Assembly: GCA_030141605.1 (NCBI GenBank)
Contig: JAQGDQ010000418.1
Location: 124,001-188,000, forward strand
Source: Tubiluchus corallicola
Lineage: Eukaryota > Animalia > Priapulida
Length of the DNA stretch: 64,000 bases
Direction of reading: 5' to 3'
Part shown: piece after piece, positions 25,935 to 38,602 of the stretch
Position numbering within the stretch: position 1 is the first letter of the stretch
How the letters are laid out: the number at the start of each line of letters is the position of its first letter
Notes under the pieces: model-generated
Told to the model about the DNA's origin: nothing
The model's database searches: none
What the model saw: the letters and a program-made list of their open reading frames with translations, nothing else
Translations under genes and position numbers: made by a program

Positions 25935-26447
25935 TGTTGTTGTTGTTGTCGTTGTTGGCATCCTTCTGTCTCGGAAGACAATGGAGTGTGCGCCAAGAGA
26001 GTCAGTTGTTGATTACATTGATGGAGCTGCAGCGTCGACTGTGGCTGAGCAGTCAGATCCTTGAACCACTGGAGTGGCCTCTCCAGGGCACACGCCTGGG
26101 CAAGGTGTATGGAGATCCTGAGTTGCTCAGAGAACAGGAACCCTCTCTCTTCCTCCCTGGTGTAGTTCAAAGGAAAGCGGAGCGATACGTTTGGCACCAG
26201 GTTGGCTGCAGGAGCTGCCGCAGTCAGTGAGCATGCTGCACTGGTCCGCCTTCGGGGCTCCTCTCCTGATTTGGAAGGTTTACTCCTCTACACATGGCCG
26301 TTGGGTCACTTGACCGCCTCCACCCTTTAGCCGTTGGCTGCTTGTGCAGCTCCTCCGCCCAGTGTCGAGATACAGTGTGGGCATCCTGTAAGCCTACAGC
26401 ACCTGGTATGCCTAGGCGGTCACCCATACAAGTACTAACCAGGCCCT
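25935..26447 (-). mobile_element. 5S rRNA-derived SINE (SINE3-type), copy 1, 5'-truncated, (CAA)n tail
   Basis: 26390-26447 is the reverse complement of the 3' half of 5S rRNA (ggttagtacttgtatgggtgaccgcc...ccaggtgctgtaggct); body of about 430 bp highly similar to copy 2. Confidence 0.85.
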
Positions 26448-26939
26448 GTATATGTATGTAAAATGTATGTATGTGCTAATGTATACTATTCATGTGAGAT
26501 AAATAAACTGAAATCGAAAAAAGGTTTTTACTGATATTTTTTAAAATATCCAAAAATATCCTTTTACTCATGCCCAACTCACGCGTCAAGGTTGAGATGT
26601 TTTTTACTTACTAAATGGTTTTACAAGAATTTAATCTCCGCGACATTGAAGCCAAGAGAGCGACGCGACCTCTACTCGTCTCCGTGTTAACACAACAGAA
26701 TTAAGCCAGACAAATGCCAGCTCAACTCATTCGACATTCATCTGGTGAAATTTGAAAATGAAAATTGTTGTGTCGTTACGCCGCGCGGAGTTGTTAAACG
26801 CAATGAAAAATGGTTACCGAAAATGTTATTCTTATAATTTTATTAACTTAGACGTGTGGGAAATAATTGCGTTTGTGAGTCCGAGGTCAATAAATGACAG
26901 AATTACAATGTAGAGTTTATATGCTTTTTCACAGTTTCT

Positions 26940-27130
26940 TTGTGCGCATGCGCAGTTGCTGTTACAGGTCACAGGTTAAGTGTACCACAGCAGCGCGTCT
27001 TAACTACAACCGTCGCTTGAAATGTGTGTAAAACAAAGCCGTCTGCTGCATCAGTACAGTGTTTTCGGTTCTTTTACGTGGACTTTAATTAATCATGTAT
27101 TAGTTTGTGCGTAGAGTGATTTACTAGCAG
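26940..27130 (+). repeat. Dispersed repeat of about 190 bp beginning with an NRF1-like GCGCATGCGC; second copy about 60533-60705
   Basis: Both read gcgcatgcgcagttgctg..caggtca.ag.ttaa..gta.ca.agc..cgcgtctt...tgtgtaaa.caaagc..tctgc. Confidence 0.7.
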
Positions 27131-27509
27131 GATCTTGTTTGGGAACAAGAAAAAATGAAGTAGATTAAGTTCTAGCTAGATGTTAAAACACGTTTAAACT
27201 GCAACTGTTACAGAAAGTATGACTATTACTATTGCGGTATAGTAGTACTGTTACTATTACAGTATAGACTATTACAATAGCATGGGCTGCAAGGCGTTGA
27301 CAAGTGTACACAAATGCGTTGTCTGGTAGACTTAACCTTTGACCTTTTCATGATCATCATTAATCGTGTAAAAGTTTATTATGAGCTATTATGAGAAAAA
27401 ATGTAAAAAATGCGTTATTTATTTTGGTAAAATTTATCACTATTTCATGCTTGTTAGATTTTCACCTACCAATTGTGGAATGAGATAAAGGAGACAGATG
27501 TTAGGAGCA

Positions 27510-27965
27510 CCAGAAAGCAAAGAATAGGTAGAATGTACTCGCATTATCGTCCTTATTTGATGAGCAGAAAGCAAAGAATAGGTAGAATGTTCGTGCATTA
27601 TTGTCATCATTTCAGCAGGAAAAAGCAAAGACTATGTAGAATGCTCGCACATTATTATCATAATTTCAACAAGAGAAAGCAAAGACTATGTAGAATGTTC
27701 GTGCATTATTGTCGTCATTTCAGCAGGAGAAAGCAAACACTAGGAAGAATGTTCGTGCATTATTTCCGTCATTTCAAGACAGAATGCTATGTAGAATGCT
27801 CGCACATTGTTACCATCAATTCAAGAGCAGAAATCAACGACTATGTAGAAGTTTCGCGCCTTATTGCCATCAGGATGGGATGTCAAAGATTATATAGAAG
27901 TTTCATTCATTATTACAACAATTTCACGACTAGAAAGCAAAAACCATGTACCATGTTCGTGCATG
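27510..27965. repeat. About 54-bp degenerate minisatellite
   Basis: agaaagcaaagactatgtagaatgttcgtgcattattgtcatcatttcagcagg units. Confidence 0.85.
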
Positions 27966-28409
27966 GTTCGTCAGTGGGCGCATTTTGTCTTAACGTTTTT
28001 CATTTCACGCAGTTTCAACAATTGTGACGTCACAATAAAGCAGAAAAATTGCAAAAAACTGTTGAATCAATGACGAAAATGTATGTCTCACTCCAAAGAA
28101 AAGTGCATTTATCATCACGGTTTTGCGAAACTTACGAGTTCTCTTTGCAGTTTTCCTCTTTTTGACAAAACGCCAGATTATCCATTTTCTCTAAAAGTGA
28201 AGCCCAGAAGCACCCAATGAGCCTTTTACTCGCTTCTCTTTCCAAAAAGCGGTTCATTTTCCTATAAATTAAACTCAGAGAGCTATAGTTAGGCTTCGGG
28301 CTGTGAGTTCTGATTCTATTGACAGCCAATCGCTGGAGGAGTTTGAATGAAAGATAAAGTCATAACATTAGTAAGATAGTCACTGGTCAGTTTTAATATC
28401 ACTCTACTA

Positions 28410-28622
28410 ACAACCAACTTAATAGTTTAACTAAAAAACATGTTAATAGTTTAACTAAAAAACCATTTTAATAGTTTAACTAAAAAATAAGTTAATCGTT
28501 TAACTAAAAGATCATGTTAATTGTTTAACTAAATAACCAAGTAAACAGTTTAACTAAAAAGCAAGTTAATAGTTTAACTAAAAAACTAAGTTAATCGTTT
28601 AATTAATAGTTTTACTAAAAAA
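28410..28622. repeat. About 24-25-bp tandem repeat
   Basis: gttaatagtttaactaaaaaa units. Confidence 0.85.
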
Positions 28623-28629
28623 CCCTTTA

Positions 28630-31012
28630 CACATTCACATTACAACACCCCAATACACACAACAACACCCCAATTCACATTACAACACTTCAATTCACAT
28701 TACAACACTCCAATTCACATTTCAACACTCCAATTCATGTAACAACACTCTAATTCACATTAAAACACTCCAATTCAGATTACAACACTTCAATTCACAT
28801 TACTACACTCCAATTCACATTACAACACTCCAATTCACATTTCAACACTCCAATTCACGTTTCAACACTCCAATTCACATTACAACACTCGAATTCACGT
28901 TTCAATACTTCAATTCACATTACAACACTTCACTTCACATTAGAACACTCCAATTCACATTTCGACACTTCAATTTACATTACAACACTTCAATTCATAT
29001 TACAACACCTCAATTCACATTACAACACTTCAATTCAGATTACAACACTCCAATTCACATTACAAAACCCCAATCCACATTACAACACTTCAATTCACAT
29101 TACAACACTCCAATCCACATTTCAACACTCCTGTTCATGTAACAACACCCCAATCCACATTTCAACACTCCAATTCACATTAAAACACTCCAATTCACAT
29201 TTCAACACCCCAATCCACATTTCAACACTCCAATTCACATTACAATACTCCAATTCACATTACAACTCTCCAATCCACATTTCAACACCCCAATCCACAT
29301 TTCAACACTCCAATCCACATTTCAACACTCCAATCCACATTTCAACACTCCTGTTCATGTAACAACACCCCAATCCACATTTCAACACCCCAATCCACAT
29401 TTAAACACTCCAATCCACATTTCAACACTCCAATCCACATTTCAACACTCCTGTTCATGTAACAACACCCCAATCCACATTTCAACACTCCAATTCACAT
29501 TACAATACTCCAATTCACATTACAACACTTCAATTCATATTACAACACCTCAATTCACATTACAACACTTCAATTCAGATTACAACACTCCAATTCACAT
29601 TACAACACCCCAATCCACATTACAACACTTCAATTCACATTACAACACTCGAATTCACATTTCAACACTCCAATCCACATTTCAACACTCCTGTTCATGT
29701 AACAACACCCCAATCCACATTTCAACACTCCAATTCACATTAAAACACTCCAATTCACATTTCAACACCCCAATCCACATTTCAACACTCCAATTCACAT
29801 TACAATACTCCAATTCACATTACAACTCTCCAATCCACATTTCAACACCCCAATCCACATTTCAACACTCCAATCCACATTTCAACACTCCAATCCACAT
29901 TTCAACACTCCTGTTCATGTAACAACACCCCAATCCACATTTCAACACCCCAATCCACATTTAAACACTCCAATCCACATTTCAACACTCCAATCCACAT
30001 TTCAACACTCCTGTTCATGTAACAACACCCCAATCCACATTTCAACACTCCAATTCACATTACAATACTCCAATTCACATTACAACACTCCAATCCACAT
30101 TTCAACACCACAATCCACATTTCAACACTCCAATCCACATTTCAACAGTCCAATCCACATTTCAACACTCCTGTTCATGTAACAACACCCCAATCCACAT
30201 TTCAACACCCAATCCACATTTCAACACTCCAATCCACATTTCAACAGTCCAATCCACATTTCAACACTCCTGTTCATGCAACAACACCCCAATCCACATT
30301 TCAACACTCCAATTCACATTACAATACTCCAATTCACATTACAATACTCCAATTCACATTACAACACTCCAATCCACATTTCAACACCCCAATCCACATT
30401 TCAACACTCCAATCCACATTTCAACACTCCAATTCACATTTCAACACTCCTGTTCATGTAACAACACCCCAATCCACATTTCAACACTCCTGTTCATGTA
30501 ACAACACTCCAATCCACATTTCAACACTCCTGTTCATGTAACAACACCCCAATCCACATTTCAACACTCCAATTCACATTACAACACTCCAATTCACATT
30601 ACAACACTCGAATTCACGTTTCAACACTTCAATTCACATTACAACACTTCAATTTACATTACAACACTTCAATTCATATTACAACACTCTAATCCACATT
30701 TCAACACTCCAATCCACATTTCAACACTTCAATTCACATTACAACACTCCAATTCACATTACAACACTACAATCCACATTACAACACTTCAATTATTCAC
30801 ATTACAACACTCCAATTCACATTACAACACTCCAATTCACATTTCGACACTACAATCCACATTACAACACTTCAATTCACATTACAACACTCCAATTCAC
30901 ATTACAACACTCCAATTCACATTACAACACTCCAATCCACATTTCAACACTCCAATTCACATTACAACACTCCAATCCACATTTCAACACTCCTGTTCAT
31001 GTAACAACACCC
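28630..31012. repeat. 20-bp minisatellite (caattcacattacaacactc), about 2.4 kb, with higher-order block duplication
   Basis: Strict 20-bp periodicity; the variant pattern at 28981 recurs at 29521. Confidence 0.97.
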
Positions 31013-31544
31013 TAATTACTACAACTACATCCCCTAATAACTGCCCATAACAACAACACATATCATATAACAATATCCCAGAACATCAACTCATCCAATA
31101 AAAACACTCAAGCAAAAACTCATGTTTCGCCACTGATCAGAAACACTCATCTTCAACTTTTTATTAATTGCACTGTTGACAATAGTTCTATAATTGCCAT
31201 CAGAAAATTCCCGTTGCGTCTTTAACAGGGAGAAGCATTACGAATGTCGCAGGGACGCCTATTACCTCTATAATTAATGGTTTTTATTATTGCGGAAACT
31301 TGCCTCCCGAGTCGCCGAGTGGGGCTGTAAAGAAGCCATATCAGTAAAGTGAAGAGTCATAACTGCTTGATTTAATTGCCTTGTTTGTTTTAAGTGGTTT
31401 ATTTACTAGCTGGTGGTTCTCCCCCACCTGTACCGCAAAATGATAGCAGGTTTCCATAGAGACTGACACGCGGTATGAATGTCGCCAGGTAAATATATAT
31501 TTACAGTACTGTCACTAATACCTATAATATTTCTATACTACATG

Positions 31545-31892
31545 CAGTTGTAAAAGGAAAAAAACATTGTCGTCGTCATCATCACCATCATTATAACTAT
31601 CGTCGTCGTCGTCATCATCACTATCATCATCATAATCATAATCAACATCGTCATCATCACTATCATCATCATCATCATAATCAACATCGTCATCGTCGTC
31701 ATCATCACTATCATCACTATCATCATCATCATCATAATCAACATCGTAGTCGTCGTCATGATCATCGTTATCATCATCACCGTCATCATCATCAGGTAAA
31801 AATAGAAAAACATTGTCGTCACCATAACCATCATCATCACCATTGTTGTCGTCACCATCATCATCACTATCGTCGACATCATCATCATCATG
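31545..31892. repeat. (ATC)n-type degenerate microsatellite
   Basis: Seen directly. Confidence 0.9.
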
Positions 31893-31907
31893 ATTTTACA
31901 CCATTTG

Positions 31908-32010
31908 ATGTAGCTCTACGGTAGCATGCAGGCTTCCCACCCAGAAGGTCGAGGGTTCACTTCGAGACCGAGTCATACCAAAGACCTGAAAAATGGTGCC
32001 GCTGATTCCG
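31908..32010 (+). mobile_element. tRNA-derived SINE 5' fragment
   Basis: tagctctacggtag...gagggttca followed by ccgagtcataccaaagacctgaaaaatggt, a segment common in metazoan SINE cores. Confidence 0.5.
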
Positions 32011-32149
32011 TCTATCAAGAACAATGACTTATCGAATTAATATGAATTCAACATGGTCAATATTGCTTGCATCATTAATATCAAATCAACCTACCAAACT
32101 CCCTGAGATTTGTATCACAACAAGAACCAATATCCTATAAGAACACCCC

Positions 32150-32740
32150 ATATCACGTAAGACCAAACCACATCACATAAAAACACCTCATCACATAACA
32201 ACACCTCATATCACATAACCACACCTCATATCACATAGCAACACCTCATATTGCATAACAACACCTCATATCACATAACAACACCTCATATCACATAACA
32301 ACACATCATATTGCATAACAACACCTCATATCACATAACCACACCTCGTATCACATAACCACACCTCGTATCACATAACAACACCTCATATCACATAACA
32401 ACATCCTATATGCCATAACAACAGTCTATATCCCATAACAACACTACATATCCCATAACAACATAACAATACCTCACATCACATAACAGCACCCTATATC
32501 CTATAACAACACCGCATATGCCAAAACAAGATCCCATATCCCACAACAACACCCGATATACCATTACAACACTATATATCCCATAACAACACCTCATATT
32601 GCATAAGGACACCTCACATCACATAGCAACACCCTACATCCTATAACAACTACCCATATCCCATAAGAAAACCCCATATCCTGTAAAAACAACCCATATC
32701 CCACAGCAACACCTGACATCATATAACAATACCTCATATG
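32150..32740. repeat. 20-bp minisatellite (cacataacaacacctcatat)
   Basis: Seen directly; degenerates toward the right. Confidence 0.9.
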
Positions 32741-32969
32741 CAGAATCAGGCCTCATATTGAGTAACTCAATAGCCGTAGATTCAAGCTCAAGCTAAGGAA
32801 GCTGACTATTAAGATCCAGTAGACAACCTGTCAGAATCAGATGCAATGCAATTAACATAGATCACGAGCATGAAGAGGTGTTGAACTGCTGATGTCAAGG
32901 CACTTAAGCTTGTAATTATATGAGTTACGTGTCACACTAGACAGGAGAAAGTAGCTGTTGCAAAAGCAA

Positions 32970-33315
32970 CAACATCATTGCCATCACCGGCATCATCAAC
33001 ATTTTCATCGTCTTCATCATTGCATCATCATCATTGTCATCATGATCATCATCATCATCATCTCTATCGTCATTATTGCTGTCGTCATTTTCATTGTAAT
33101 CAACATAGTTCTCATCATCGTCATTGCCACTGCCGCTGAACTATCACCATCGTCATCATCATCATCATCCATATCTTTGTAACTGCAATTTTTTTTGCTT
33201 TATCTTGATCACTACAATGTGATCATCACCTTCATCACCACCACCAGCATCGTCATCATCATCATCATCATCATCATCACCACTATCACCATTATCATCA
33301 ATATAATAATCATCT
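32970..33315. repeat. (ATC)n-type degenerate microsatellite
   Basis: Seen directly. Confidence 0.85.
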
Positions 33316-33694
33316 CCAGCAGCGTAGGTGTCACAACAGCTACAACAAGTGTCAGCAAAACAATAGACGTATGAAAACAACATCTGAAACTTATAAAACA
33401 GTGGTCTACAATGAGTATCCAGCAAATGCGAAATGTAACGTGTAGCTACATTTTACTAATGGCTTCCACACAATTAACATTGGACACCTGCAGCAAAGCA
33501 ATGATAGTGGCTTCCTCGAAAATGACGTCACAGTGAGTGTATTCATTATCATTTCTTCATTTAACGCGTCACAAACAAGAAGCCAAGTAAACAAGTGAAC
33601 GTCTGAAGCAGTCTACTTTTCTAAGTGTGAGACCACGCCGACTGAACTTTCTAATTGTCGGATTAGATACGTTATTTTGTGCCTAGCGTAAATG

Positions 33695-34233
33695 TAAATT
33701 TAGACTCCCACGATGACCGTTAGACTCAGCCATTTTGACGATAAGTCATAAAACAAGTTTAAATAACACTGAGTAAAGTTTCGAAAAAACATAGCATTCG
33801 TACCGCACACGGTACTAACTGAGTAAAATTTTAAACTACTGTATCTTGTCAGTAAGATTAAAAATGCGTTTTTGCTTAGTGAGTGGTGCACCCTGGAGGT
33901 GAGTCAGCGACATTTTACCAAATGGTGAAAACATTTAAATAATTAATAAGTTTCTTTCCTATTTACGTAAGTCTTTCAAGCAGGTAAGCGAAATGCTAAG
34001 TAATATAACTTTGCATGGAAAGGTTTTAGGGTCATAATTTAACATTTTCTTTTTTCCCTCATTTACGTTGCGCGTATATGACGTCATTCAATGTATTACG
34101 TGAAATTTAAAACGAAAACGAATAAAAATTCCTTTTAACGCAAGTACACGCATAAAATTGCTGTAAAGTCATTTAATTTTTAAGACATTTTTTTCTGAAA
34201 CTTACTTCGGGTTCCCCTTTTCTTGTCCTTTAA
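33695..34233 (+). mobile_element. Kolobok-like family B fragment; related copies 42820-43152 and about 54540-55040
   Basis: Shared gagtgg.gcaccctggagg.tgagt...ttttctgaaac.tacttc.ggt.cc...cttgtcct|ttaa. Confidence 0.6.
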
Positions 34234-35178
34234 ACCTAAAGGACAAACATGTAGCCTTTTAAAAGAAATAAAGACAAACTGAATTGAATAGCAATGAACA
34301 GAAACGGAAACGATGGAATGGGTGGATGGATGGACAAACAAATAACCAAGTAATAATTTAGAAGATTGGTAAGTAGATTGGTGATTGAGTCGACGATTGC
34401 ACGTGTAGACAGAGAAACGAACAAAGTAGTAAAAAGGAAAAGAACAAAAAAGAAGAATCGAGTAAAACTAAGAGATTAGCAAGAAACGAGAGAAGCGATT
34501 GGTTTGTCTCTACAATCTCTTTCTGCGCATGCGCCACCCCTGCCTATGTCGCAGAAGTTGCTGCCATTCTGACTGAAACCACTGCTCTTCGACTCATTTT
34601 TCATTTTTCCGCAAGCGATGATCCGTGACGCGTTGCGACGCCTCGGGCGTCAAATCTTCGCACCGCCAAGGCGTCAGAGCAACGGTGGCGTCTGATTTTG
34701 ACACGTGCGTCTAATTGCTGGCCTTTTATCAAATCTGGCGGCACCTTTGACTGACAAGAATCAAATAACCCGAACTGTGAGTTCGAACTTGTGTTTTTGA
34801 TTAAAGGCCTTGTCCAGCGTTGGATTTACACGACTTTTGAAGCCATATTGTGTGAAATCGAGTCCAGCGAAGCCAGATTTTGATCTTGCGCTACTAACCC
34901 GAATCCCGGACGCTGCATTTCTGGAAAATCGCGCGACGGAGTTGAAACAAACAAAGATTGTAGGATGTAAACATGCGTTTGGACTTGCAGGAGTGAACAG
35001 CCGTGAGTAGCTTTAAAGCAATTTGAAAATTTTAGGACACGCATACATAGGAAACTTAGGAATTTATAGTTAAAAACAGACAAATTTATTAATCATTACT
35101 TATTTGGCCTCTGTTAACTGTTTAATTATTGCATAATAGGCTCTGCCTATGTAAACTGGTTGTATGTTTGTAAATAGA

Positions 35179-35217
35179 CCACTGATGATGACAGCAGCAG
35201 TCTGTCGAAACGTTTGG
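35179..35217 (+). ncRNA. Minimal type I hammerhead ribozyme motif (Penelope-associated type)
   Basis: cca CTGATGA t gacag-cagcagt-ctgtc GAAA cg TT tgg: stem I cca/tgg, perfect stem II gacag/ctgtc, palindromic AACGTT stem III, AATAAA about 30 nt downstream. Confidence 0.7.
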
Positions 35218-35444
35218 CATGATTTTAACTTTTTAATGTAAAAGTTTTAATAAAATTGTTCTGTTTGTAACTACAAATGTTTTTAAGTGCCTGTAATGAA
35301 ATATAACTTAGTAATGTTATGCTTATGCCTGCTGGCACAAAAACGAAGCAAAGGTTTGATCATAACAATGTAAGAAAGAATAACGAAAACGCGTGAAAAT
35401 ACCACCTTGATGTTGCAAACGTTTGTTTAAAGCAAAAAGTCAAA

Positions 35445-35530
35445 CGTTGTTACGGCGATATTGTTACGTCAATATTGTTACGGCAATATTGTTACTTCAA
35501 TATTGTTACGGCGATATTGTTACAGCAAAT
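35445..35530. repeat. 14-bp tandem repeat (atattgttacggcg)
   Basis: Seen directly, about 6 copies. Confidence 0.8.
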
Positions 35531-36570
35531 TCACAGCAAGTGTCCACCATTTTCACTGCAATGTTGACGATGGCGTTTCTTGACTTCCTCCAACAGCTGA
35601 GTCAGTTTTCTTGCTTTTTGTCACAAAACTCGCCTTTGACTCGTCTGTACATGTGTACAAACAATGTATATAAGTATGTCTACAATGTATAGAAATTTGT
35701 GAAATTTGTATGTGTGCGCGTGCGCGTGTGTTGTAATAAATCTATTTTCAGTAGCAATATTTCGTTTAGTTACACAATAATTATGTTTTACTTGTTTAGA
35801 ACGACGCTATTACCAACTAACAGTCTAGTCATTGTAAAATGACTCCTTGATATGCTGCCATATTGTTTATCTCCGTGAACATTATCTATTCAAATGCTTG
35901 ACAACTGCACGTATTTATAAGAGGCAATAAGGAATTTATCTATCTATTAATATCTCACTTTGTTGAATAATAATAATCAAAAACAATCAATAATAATCTT
36001 TTTTAATATCTTGCAACACATGCACAGTTATAATACAATTAATTTGGAAAAAAATGTGTGAAGAAAGGGCAGCGAAAGACCAATTGGTCATCTAGTCAGC
36101 TGTCCTTTGGTTAGCGATGAACGTTTTTATAAGCGCTATGCAACAGTGTATTAGTGTTAGTACTGCTTACAATAAAGATTTAATTGTTACGAATGACATT
36201 AAATTGATATGCTTATAACGTGTTAATACAATTCATACACAGTAATGTAATATTAGTAATTACAAATAAAAACGTTGCCTATGAAACCATCTGTGCTGAT
36301 CCAGCAGTCAGCTGTTGCACGTGCATTATACCGGATTACAAACAATTATAGCAGTGATTACACGCTCCAGTAACTTAGCCAGGATTCTACAGCAAATCTA
36401 TGACGCGAGCGTAATAACAGCAGCAGCCGAATCAGTGGCTTATTTCGTGCTTCGTAGTAACACTTGAATGAATCTGTGGCTTACTCTGGTCGTTGAGTCA
36501 ATGTGACTCGTGTGTTGAATGAGATGACGTTGCAGTTACTATTAGGCATATAAAGTAAACGACTAATTAC

Positions 36571-37100
36571 TTGTGTGTTGGCATCCTTCTGTCTCGGAAG
36601 ACAATGGAGTGTGCGCCAAGAGTCAGTTATTGATCACATTGATGGAGCTGCAGCGTCAACTGTGGCTGAGCAATCCGATCCTTGAACCACTGGAATAGGC
36701 TCTTCAAGGCGCACACCTTGGCAAGGTGTATGGAGATACTGAGTTGCCCAGACAACATGAACCCCCTCTCTTCCTCCCTGGTGTAGTCCAAAGGAAAGCG
36801 GAGCGTTTCGTTTGGCACCAGGTTGGCTGCAGAAGCTGCCGGAGTCAGTGAGCATGCTGTACTGGTCCGACTTCGGGGCTCCACTCCAGATTTGGAAGGA
36901 ATACTCCTCTGCACGTGGCAGTTGGGTCACTTGACCGCCTCCCCCCTTTAGCCGTTGGCTGCTTGTGCAGCTCCTCCGCCTAGTGTCGAGATACAGTGTG
37001 GGCATCCTGTAAGCCTACAGCACCTGGTATTCGTAGGCGGTCACCCATCCAAGTACTGGCTCTACGTTAATTAACTTCGGTGTTCGGACGAGAACATGGC
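36571..37100 (-). mobile_element. 5S rRNA-derived SINE (SINE3-type), copy 2, near full length
   Basis: 37011-37100 reverse complement = ggccat..gttctcgtccgaacaccgaagttaattaacgtagagcc-agtacttggatgggtgaccgcctacgaataccaggtgctgtaggct (5S with small deletions); possible TSD ctaatta at 36563-36569 and 37101-37107. Confidence 0.88.
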
Positions 37101-37111
37101 CTAATTATTAA

Positions 37112-37738
37112 AGGAGAAAAAACATGATTTTTAAATCATGTCCCGTCAAACTTTCCATACAAAGTTATATTACTTAGCATTGCCGTTACCAATTGAAAGA
37201 CTTACGCAACAAGAAGAGAAGATTCTTAATCATTTAAAACGTTCTTACCAGCTGATAAAACGTCACTGGCTCACCTTCCCAGTGTGCATCATAGATTCAC
37301 AAAAAACATTAAAGTTTTGCTTAGTTAACGAAGAGTGTGCTACAAAAACTCAGACTATTTTTCAAAGTTCACGCAATGTTATCTAAGCTTATTTCAAATT
37401 ACTTACCGTTAAAATGGCTGCGTCTAACGGACATCGCTGGAGTTTAAATTTACAAGTTTTATGCAGCGTTACTGCTAAGAGCAATCCTGTATGCAATAAG
37501 GAACCGTTTGAAAGAATTGTGTAACTGAAAGCGAAAATTCTAAGTAGTTTTAAATGTTTGCACCAACCGGTAGAAAACATCACTGTTGCATTATCCCAGT
37601 GTGCATCAGAAACGCCGCTGGCTCACAAAAACGTATTATTAATCCTATTGTCAAGAAAACATAATTTTTACTTAAAAGTGATACGAAGTTTTAAAGCGAT
37701 TTTTTAAAATTATATTAGTGAATAATGTTTCTTATCCT
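37112..37738. mobile_element. Complete Kolobok-like MITE with TTAA TSD
   Basis: ttaa|aggagaaaaaacat ... atgtttcttatcct|ttaa (14-bp imperfect TIR); interior related in reverse to family B. Confidence 0.75.
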
Positions 37739-37821
37739 TTAACAAATTTAAAGTCAGTTTACATGATTTTTTTTGTTGTTCTTGTTCGGTTCTGTGGACT
37801 GTAAATGTCTGAAATAAAATC

Positions 37822-38066
<245 letters not shown>

Positions 38067-38602
38067 AACTTCAAAATAAATTTAATTGTCTACTTCTTGT
38101 ACAGCAATGGTAATCATGTTTAATTGCAGGAAAGCAATTGTAAAATAGAAAGTCCAGTGGGAGTCGAACCAACGACCTTCCGCTTCCCGAGCAGCTTTTC
38201 GAAATTGCAAATTCACTAACAATCAACTATGAATTTGACACGCGCGGCGCCTGTTGGCAGAAATTTGAAAATCTGAAAGCAAACGCTAACGTGCTGTACT
38301 TGTTCAACAAACGTGTGACGTCGGTAACCAAGTTTGCAAAAACTTGGTTACTTTTCCTTTGAGGGGCGAAAAGTCCTACAATTTTGGAAAGCAAGGGTTA
38401 AATAAGTCGACTGGTAATTGCTTTACAAATGCTTTCTAATGCCACTGGCAAATTTTCTTTGCGAAATTTACTCGTTTTTCCTTAGAACTGATAGCCTCCC
38501 TAATCCCACTTAATAGTGCCTCATCTAATGCATAAACAAAAGCAGCTACTTAGCATAAATTAGCATAAATTTCAATCTTCGCGTACGTTAATTAGTTGCG
38601 TC

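Noticed and set aside
25847-26427. ORFs of 127, 110 and 67 aa (and 95/123 aa at 36627-37005)
   Set aside because: Lie within the SINE body; frames are not consistently preserved between the two copies
27473-28027. 184-aa ORF with repeated RKQRLCRM motifs
   Set aside because: Translation of a 54-bp minisatellite (period divisible by 3); no ATG start or splice support
37011-37100. Functional 5S rRNA gene
   Set aside because: Internal deletions, no oligo-T terminator, fused to a dispersed repeat body; treated as a SINE head
38150-38196. tRNA on minus strand (GGTTCGACTCC)
   Set aside because: Only a T-arm fragment; 5' half missing
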